A stretch of DNA of 23,447 bases from Candidatus Krumholzibacteriia bacterium (GTDB taxonomy: Bacteria > Krumholzibacteriota > Krumholzibacteriia > LZORAL124-64-63): the NCBI GenBank assembly GCA_036351155.1, contig JAZBOO010000267.1, positions 1 through 23,447 of the forward strand, read 5' to 3'. Below, piece after piece: positions 17,728-23,447 of the stretch. The first letter of the stretch is position 1. Each line of letters opens with the position of its first letter. Under the pieces are notes generated by a model, which did not search any database, was not told the origin of the DNA, and saw nothing but the letters and a program-made list of their open reading frames with translations. A program made the translations under genes and the position numbers.

Positions 17728-18833
17728 GGCTTTTCCCTTTCCAGGTTGGCCCGCACGGTTCGGGCATTACGGCGCAAACCCTCGGGGTGCCCGCGCCACA
17801 AGGGTGTGCGGCGAAACCGGCGCCGAAACTCGGCGTCATCCAGGATGGTCAGCGCGTCCAGGTCGAGCTCCGCGTGTTCGGGCAGAGCCGCATACTCCTG
17901 GCGCACGGCAGGCAAATCCGGATGGACGTCGGCCGCCGCCCGGTTGTTCCAGGGGCACACACTCTGACAAATGTCGCAACCGAACAGGAGCCCTCCCTGC
18001 AGATGTGCCTCCTCGGCCGGTGCCTGACCTCGCCATTCGATGGTCCAGCTGGACAGGCAACGGTGGGCATCCAGGCCTGTGGTCAGGTCCAGCGCCGCGG
18101 TGGGGCAGGCGTCCACGCATCTCGTGCAGGAACCGCAAAGGTCCACCGGCGCGGTGACCGGCGGATGCAGACGACGCGGCTCCACCCCGTACAGAGGTTC
18201 CACCGCCGGAGTCCCCGGGTCGGGTAACCCCGGAACTTCCAGGTTGGTCAGCGCCACCCCCAGGAACAGCCCCGACCCCAGCTTTTCGTGGATCAAGCAG
18301 CGATTGTGCCCCAGGAACCCCAGGCCGGCCAGCCAGGCGTATTCCCGTTCCAGGTAGGGGCCGGTATCTGTGGAGGGAAAGGCTTCCAGTCCGGGGATCT
18401 CACGACGGAGATCATTCAGCAGGCCCTTGATATCCCCGAGCAGGACATCGTGATAGTCGAGCCCGCGCGCATAGCGGGACACGCGGTGGATCCAGGGGGT
18501 GGGGTCTTCTTCGGGTCCGCCCGCCGAGGGGTCAGGATCATCCTGCGGCCACCCCTCGGTGTATCGCTGGGCGAAAACAAGCACAGTGCGGGCCCCGGGA
18601 TTGCGCCGGGTGGGGTCGGCCCGGCCCTCGGGGTCGCGGGTGAGGTAGCTCAGGTTCCCATCGCGGCCGGCCGACACCCAGTCCAGCCATTGCTGACGAT
18701 GGGGCAACGGGCACGGCAAGGTCACCGCGCCGGCCAGATCGATTCTGTGGGCCGGACACAGAGCACTCAGGAGCACCGCCAGATCACTGCGAGATCTGGT
18801 GATCACCGTTGGCAGGGACGGGTCCGCGGACAT
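17724..18833 (-). CDS. queG: tRNA epoxyqueuosine(34) reductase QueG
   Basis: SRYARGLDYH, DTGPYLER, AGLGFLGHN, GSGLFLG, and Fe-S motifs CGSCTRCVDACPT, RCLS and GCDICQSVCPWN. Confidence 0.93.
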   Translation of the reverse strand: MSADPSLPTVITRSRSDLAVLLSALCPAHRIDLAGAVTLPCPLPHRQQWLDWVSAGRDGNLSYLTRDPEGRADPTRRNPGARTVLVFAQRYTEGWPQDDPDPSAGGPEEDPTPWIHRVSRYARGLDYHDVLLGDIKGLLNDLRREIPGLEAFPSTDTGPYLEREYAWLAGLGFLGHNRCLIHEKLGSGLFLGVALTNLEVPGLPDPGTPAVEPLYGVEPRRLHPPVTAPVDLCGSCTRCVDACPTAALDLTTGLDAHRCLSSWTIEWRGQAPAEEAHLQGGLLFGCDICQSVCPWNNRAAADVHPDLPAVRQEYAALPEHAELDLDALTILDDAEFRRRFRRTPLWRGHPEGLRRNARTVRANLEREKP

Positions 18834-18851
18834 GGGTCACCCCGGTCGATT

Positions 18852-20414
18852 CTACCTTTGCGGGTTGTTCTTCACCCACTTGTCGTACACCGAAAGCAGC
18901 ACCACCGACACCAGGGCCAGCGCGGCAAAGATCATCCACATGGTGTCCGTCTGGTCGATACCACCACGTTCCACCGGGCCGAAGTGCTGGTACAGGCTGC
19001 CGCTGAGCAGGCCACCGAACAGGTTGCCCAGAGCCACGCACCAGTAAAAGTAACCCATGTACATCCCCACCTTGTTGGGTGGAGCAATTTTCCCTGCGTA
19101 TTCCTTGCTGCGCGGGCTGGCCAGCATCTCGCCCACCGAGAACACCAGGATGGCGATCACGATGATCCAGCCGCCCTGACCGATCATGTACAGCAGGAAG
19201 CTGATCACGGTGATGAAGCTACCCAGGATGATACAGGTCAGCGGCGCCAGCTTGCGCACCGAGTAGGCGATGGCCACCTGACCGATGATGATGCCGAGGG
19301 CGTTCAGGTTGATCAGGTGCTCGGGCTTGACCTGGCCCTTCTCCAGCACCGCCCGGCCCCATTCGGAGGTATCGGCTCCCATACTCTGGGCAATGCCCGT
19401 GATCCACTGGGCCGCCGGTGTGAGGCTGACGATCAGGTCGTTGGTGTCGGCATAGTCGCGAATATACTCGGGCAAGGTCATGAAGATCTGGTTGAAGCTC
19501 GTCCAGAAGAAGGCCATCAAGAACAGGAAAACCAGGTAGCGTCCCTCGCCCACCTGCATGGGTTCCATGAACCAGGGTCGGCTGTCGGGGCCGGTGTTCT
19601 TCATCCCCCGGGTGGCCACGTCCCAGACCAGATTGAGTGCCAGCCAGCCCACGGCCCCAGTCAGGTAAACCGCCGGGGCCAGCCACTTGCTGCCCATGAC
19701 CAGCAGGAACAGCATGCCCGCGATCAGCAGGAAGAAGCGTCCGTTGCCCACCACGCCCATCATACCCTGGAACACCTCGGCCAGGGAGCGCCGTGATTCG
19801 GCTGCGGCATCCCGAGGCGGTTCCTTGTACACGAAGAGGGCCACCAGGCCCATCAGCACGATCCAGCCCGCCGAAGCGTAGAACACGTACTGCCAGTCCC
19901 AGCCCCGCACAATTCCGGCCACGATGGGCCCCAGGAACCCGCCGATGTTCACCATCATGTAGAAGATGCCGAAGCCCATGGAGCTGTTCGCGTCGGTGGT
20001 GCTCTTGGTCACCGTACTGATGACCACGGGTTTGAACATGCCGTGCCCCACCGCCACCAGGAAGTACACCGCCAGAAAACCCCAGAAGCCCGTGGGAATG
20101 CCCAGGAGCAGGTAGCCGGGGATCATGACGAGGCAGGAAGCCAGGAACATTTTCTTGAACCCGTAGCGGTCGGCCAGAGCACCGAAGACGGCCGGGAACA
20201 GGTAGAGAAAGAAGGTCGCCAGGCCCTGGATCACCCCCCGATCCTCGCTGGACAATCCCAGCCCACCTGAGGCCACCGCCCCGGTCAGATACAGGCTGCT
20301 GACGGCGTAGAAACCGTACCAGCCCATGCGCTCGAAAATTTCCATGACGTTGGCGGCCCAGAATTCGGCGGGAAAGCCGCCAGGCTTGCGTTTTTCGGGT
20401 ATGGCTGTGTTCAA
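18852..20414 (-). CDS. MFS transporter, POT/PTR (proton-dependent oligopeptide) family
   Basis: N-terminal ExxER motif (ANVMEIFERMGWYG), GALADRYG, GMFKP, GFGIFYMMVNIGGFLGP, GEMLASP; many transmembrane helices. TTG start after GGAG. Confidence 0.9.
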   Translation of the reverse strand: MNTAIPEKRKPGGFPAEFWAANVMEIFERMGWYGFYAVSSLYLTGAVASGGLGLSSEDRGVIQGLATFFLYLFPAVFGALADRYGFKKMFLASCLVMIPGYLLLGIPTGFWGFLAVYFLVAVGHGMFKPVVISTVTKSTTDANSSMGFGIFYMMVNIGGFLGPIVAGIVRGWDWQYVFYASAGWIVLMGLVALFVYKEPPRDAAAESRRSLAEVFQGMMGVVGNGRFFLLIAGMLFLLVMGSKWLAPAVYLTGAVGWLALNLVWDVATRGMKNTGPDSRPWFMEPMQVGEGRYLVFLFLMAFFWTSFNQIFMTLPEYIRDYADTNDLIVSLTPAAQWITGIAQSMGADTSEWGRAVLEKGQVKPEHLINLNALGIIIGQVAIAYSVRKLAPLTCIILGSFITVISFLLYMIGQGGWIIVIAILVFSVGEMLASPRSKEYAGKIAPPNKVGMYMGYFYWCVALGNLFGGLLSGSLYQHFGPVERGGIDQTDTMWMIFAALALVSVVLLSVYDKWVKNNPQR

Positions 20415-20455
20415 AACAGTCTCCGGTTCTGGTGGTGACGGGGAATTAGCCCGGA

Positions 20456-21415
20456 TTATTGCCTGGGGATGAGCCGATCAAGTGCCTGATCGAACCCCTC
20501 CAGCAATCGTCGCATGACCTCGGCCACGGTGGGCACATCATCAATTAAGCCCGAAACCTGCCCAATTTCCAGTTCTCCCTCTTCCAGGTCGCCCTCGAGC
20601 ATACCCGCCCGGGCCCGCCCCGTGCCCAGCAGCTCGGCCAGCTCGGCGGAGGAAGCGCACCGGGCCTCGAGTTCCTGAACCTTGGCAAAAAATGTGTTCT
20701 TGAGCAGACGCACAGGCATGTGGGACTTCATCATCAGGTGCGTATCGCCCGGCCCGGCCTGGGCCACGGCGTTCTTGAAATTGAAATGCCCCGAAGACTC
20801 CACCGTGGCGGCAAAGCGCGAGCCGATCTGCACACCCTCCGCGCCGAGGGCCAGGGCCGCCGCCAGCTGAGCCCCCGTGGCGATGCCTCCGGCTGCGATC
20901 ACCGGAATGTCGACGGCCTCCACACACTCGGGCACCAGGACCATGGTGGTGATCTCCTCACGCCCATTGTGGCCTCCGGCTTCGAAGCCTTCGCAGACCA
21001 CGTCGTCACAACCTGCATCCTGACACTTGACCGCCAGGGCGGGGTTGGCCACCACGTGGACCACCGTGCAGCCGGCGTCCTTCAGGGGACCGATGGCCCG
21101 CTTCGGCGACCCGGCCGAGGTGAAAAATACCTTCACACCCTCTTCCAGGGCCACGTCCATGGACTCCTTGGCGTGCTTGAAGAACAGAGGCAGATTCACG
21201 CCGAACGGCTGGTCGGTCAGGGCACGGGCCTTGCGGATATGCTCCCGCAGAAGGTCGGGGCGCATGCTCCCGGCTCCGATCAAGCCCAGCCCACCGGCCT
21301 CGGCCACCGCCGCGGCCAGCTTGGCGCCGCTGTTGTAAACCATGCCCGCGCCAATGATCGGGTGCTCGATGCCCAGCAACTCGCAAACTCGGTTCTTGCC
21401 CCAGCGTTGGTCCAT
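20456..21415 (-). CDS. FMN-dependent nitronate monooxygenase / enoyl-ACP reductase II (FabK-like)
   Basis: LGIEHPIIGAGM, AGGLGLIG, PFGVN, EGFEAGGH, PVIAAGGI, LGAEGVQIGSRF, GQVSGLI. Start placed at ATG 21415. Confidence 0.9.
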   Translation of the reverse strand: MDQRWGKNRVCELLGIEHPIIGAGMVYNSGAKLAAAVAEAGGLGLIGAGSMRPDLLREHIRKARALTDQPFGVNLPLFFKHAKESMDVALEEGVKVFFTSAGSPKRAIGPLKDAGCTVVHVVANPALAVKCQDAGCDDVVCEGFEAGGHNGREEITTMVLVPECVEAVDIPVIAAGGIATGAQLAAALALGAEGVQIGSRFAATVESSGHFNFKNAVAQAGPGDTHLMMKSHMPVRLLKNTFFAKVQELEARCASSAELAELLGTGRARAGMLEGDLEEGELEIGQVSGLIDDVPTVAEVMRRLLEGFDQALDRLIPRQ

Positions 21416-21506
21416 GCCTGTCCTGCCTTGAATGAAGGAGAGGGGTTGTCCAGCCCCTACCAAAAAGACTACAATGTCCTGGTCGCGCAACCCCCGCGAA
21501 GAACCT

Positions 21507-21947
21507 CTACCCGGTCATCCCGTAGCCGTGGGCCATCATGACCGCCAGGAACGGGATGCTCACCAGCAGGGCCAGCTCCCATTTCAACAGCACGCCGATC
21601 GCCCGGGGGTATTCCACCTTCTCCCCATCCTGGGCCTGCTTGTGGCGCAGGAAACGGACGGTGGGATAAATCGACAGCAACGCCGCGACCAGGAACACGG
21701 TCACCTTGATGTGGAACAGGTAGTTGTGGCCATAGTAACTCGGCGGTTTTTCAAAGAGAAAAACCCGCAGCAGGCCGGTCACCAGAACCACCAGGGCCGA
21801 CAGGCCATAGACGGCATCCGTCCGGGCCAGCTTGCGGGCCACGGCACCGTCCACGGAGGACTGAAAAAAGTTCAGCTGCAGAACCAGGGCGGCAAACATC
21901 GCCGCAAAGCCCAGGTAATGCAGGGCATTGGCCAGAATGAAATCCAA
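21507..21947 (-). CDS. DUF2214 family membrane protein
   Basis: LHYL...D..YG...TGLLR...K..YY..N.LF..K...LLSIYPT...IPFLAVMMAHGYG; four hydrophobic helices. Confidence 0.85.
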   Translation of the reverse strand: MDFILANALHYLGFAAMFAALVLQLNFFQSSVDGAVARKLARTDAVYGLSALVVLVTGLLRVFLFEKPPSYYGHNYLFHIKVTVFLVAALLSIYPTVRFLRHKQAQDGEKVEYPRAIGVLLKWELALLVSIPFLAVMMAHGYGMTG

Positions 21948-21984
21948 GATAGCGCCGATCGTCAGGGGGCTCAGTTACATCGAA

Positions 21985-22548
21985 TCACAGCCCCAAATCA
22001 TCGGCCACAATGGTCAAGGCCGCAAGCACATGGGCAATAACTTCATCCAGCTCCAGCCCCAGATCCTCGGCCCCTTCCTGGATCTCTTCTCGGTTCACCT
22101 TGGCCGCAAAATCCTTCTTCTTGAGCTTCTTCTTCACCGAGCGCACCTCGACCGAGGCGATCTTCTTGTCCGGTCGGACCATGGCGCAGGCCATGCAGAA
22201 ACCGCTCAGCTCATCCACGGCAAACAGCCACTGGGCACAGGGATTCTCCCGCGGCACGCCGGTGTACGAGGCGTGCGAAAGGATGGTCCGGACGAAGTCC
22301 TCGGGATAGCCTCGCTCGCGCAGGATCTCCGCGCCCTTGAGCGGGTGGTCGGGCGCCTCGGGGAACATCTCGTAATCAAAGTCGTGCAGCAGCCCCACCG
22401 CCGACCAGTAATCCACATCGGCACCGGTGCGCTCGGCGGCCGCCCTCATGCTGGCTTCCACGGCGTAGGCATGCCTCTTCAAGCTGTCGGTCTTGGTGAA
22501 CTCATGCAACAGCGCCAGCGTGTGTTCGCGCGCGTAAATATCGCTCAT
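21985..22548 (-). CDS. HDIG/HD-domain metal-dependent phosphohydrolase
   Basis: KRHAYAVE...GLLHDFDYE...H...G..IL...ILSH...AVDELSG, and a basic SVKKKLKKKDFAA segment. RBS GGAG. Confidence 0.9.
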   Translation of the reverse strand: MSDIYAREHTLALLHEFTKTDSLKRHAYAVEASMRAAAERTGADVDYWSAVGLLHDFDYEMFPEAPDHPLKGAEILRERGYPEDFVRTILSHASYTGVPRENPCAQWLFAVDELSGFCMACAMVRPDKKIASVEVRSVKKKLKKKDFAAKVNREEIQEGAEDLGLELDEVIAHVLAALTIVADDLGL

Positions 22549-22561
22549 GTTGTCTCCGTTT

Positions 22562-23446
22562 TCAGCGGCGGATGGTCTTTGCTTGCACCTTCAGGGGTGC
22601 CATTTTCAATTCGAGTTCGGACCTCAGATGCAGGACCCCGCCGTTCCCCACAGGTAACAACAGGTGGAACTGTTCCGGCAGCATACCTTTCTGCACCGCC
22701 ACCTGCACCTTGCCGTAGCTCACATAGCCCTCGATCACCTCGGGGGCCGTCCACTGGCCGTCTTCATAAACACAGTAGGCCACGGGAGCCTGCTGGTTCA
22801 TGGACAAATCTCCCTGGGTAAAAAACAGGTACAATCGCTTGTTGGCCACCACCAGGGTGGGGCGCCGCGACGTGATGGCCCCGGGAATCTGCACGCGCGG
22901 CGACCACTCTCCCCAGGGGGTCTTGAAGCTGTGCCACAAGGTCTTGCTGGAGGTTCCCACATGAACCTGATGCAAGGCACCCTCCCAGACCGCCAAACCG
23001 GGCGCGATGTGGCTGTTCTGTTCCAGGATTTGACCACCCGACGACCAGCCCCAGCCGGACTGGGAGGCATGCCACAATCGCTTGGCGTCGGAATTCTTCC
23101 CGCAGTGCACCAGGTGGATGGTGCCGTCGCCGATCGCCATTTCCAGGGCCTTGTTGGTGCCCAGCCCGTCGATGGACTCGGTGTTGCTCCAGGCCCTTCC
23201 ATCCCACCGGGAATAGCCGATTTTCTTGCCCGACATCTCCGTCAACAGGTGCAGCGTCTGCCCATCGCTGGCAATGACCGGCACCAGGCCACAATGCAAA
23301 CCCGCGGCGGTGGTCGGACCGGTCCACTGTCCATCCTGCCACCAGGAGTGCTGGGTGTTGCCATTGGTCAATGAAACGAGATGCAAGGCGCCTTCATGCC
23401 AGGCCGCCCCGAGGGCCCCATACCGTATCTGAAGGCCGGGAATCAC
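22562..23446 (-). CDS. Beta-propeller-like repeat protein (5'-truncated by window edge)
   Basis: About six repeats of roughly 45-50 aa: P-x-[LI]-[AV]-x3-G-x-LH-[LQ]-V...[WY]-x-DG-x-W[ST]. The frame is open to the window end. Confidence 0.75.
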   Translation of the reverse strand: MIPGLQIRYGALGAAWHEGALHLVSLTNGNTQHSWWQDGQWTGPTTAAGLHCGLVPVIASDGQTLHLLTEMSGKKIGYSRWDGRAWSNTESIDGLGTNKALEMAIGDGTIHLVHCGKNSDAKRLWHASQSGWGWSSGGQILEQNSHIAPGLAVWEGALHQVHVGTSSKTLWHSFKTPWGEWSPRVQIPGAITSRRPTLVVANKRLYLFFTQGDLSMNQQAPVAYCVYEDGQWTAPEVIEGYVSYGKVQVAVQKGMLPEQFHLLLPVGNGGVLHLRSELELKMAPLKVQAKTIRR

Positions 23447-23447
23447 T

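Noticed and set aside
21430..21509. Minus-strand AGAGGTTCT start resembling a preQ1-I aptamer upstream of the FabK-like gene
   Set aside because: The complementary CCTCT is too far away and there is no A-tract, so this is a chance match.

Overview
High-GC bacterial window with no rRNA, tRNA, CRISPR array or mobile element that I can see. The secreted S8 protease carries a C-terminal YPNPFNP/FlgD-Ig sorting domain, which suggests an FCB-group lineage such as Krumholzibacteriota or Latescibacterota (inference). Layout from left to right: (1) the end of an ftsH-folP-cdaA housekeeping block, with no cdaR or glmM after it. (2) A minus-strand signalling cluster whose signalling domains all look degenerate: a divergent MCP-like membrane protein, a frameshifted Hpt-like + pseudo-receiver gene, a small BldC/excisionase-type HTH protein, and a STAS-GAF-HD-GYP protein with HD changed to RD. 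Candidate sigma-28 and sigma-54 promoters lie in this cluster. (3) A divergent hypothetical gene. (4) A minus-strand operon of a DUF3524/GT4 glycosyltransferase (family of the eukaryotic tRNA-queuosine alpha-mannosyltransferase QTMAN/GTDC1), a HAD-IIA phosphatase, and an alpha/beta hydrolase lacking its nucleophilic Ser but carrying an Arg-rich disordered N-terminus. (5) An S8 protease with a beta-helix. (6) queF, converging on a long minus-strand run: beta-propeller protein, HDIG hydrolase, DUF2214, FabK/NMO, POT transporter, queG and an AmmeMemoRadiSam radical SAM gene overlapping queG. The two best leads for an undescribed system are a possible bacterial queuosine glycosylation/hypermodification locus (QTMAN-like GT + queF + queG + amrS) and the pseudo-chemosensory/cyclic-dinucleotide cluster. 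All family calls are from recognised motifs; no database search was run.
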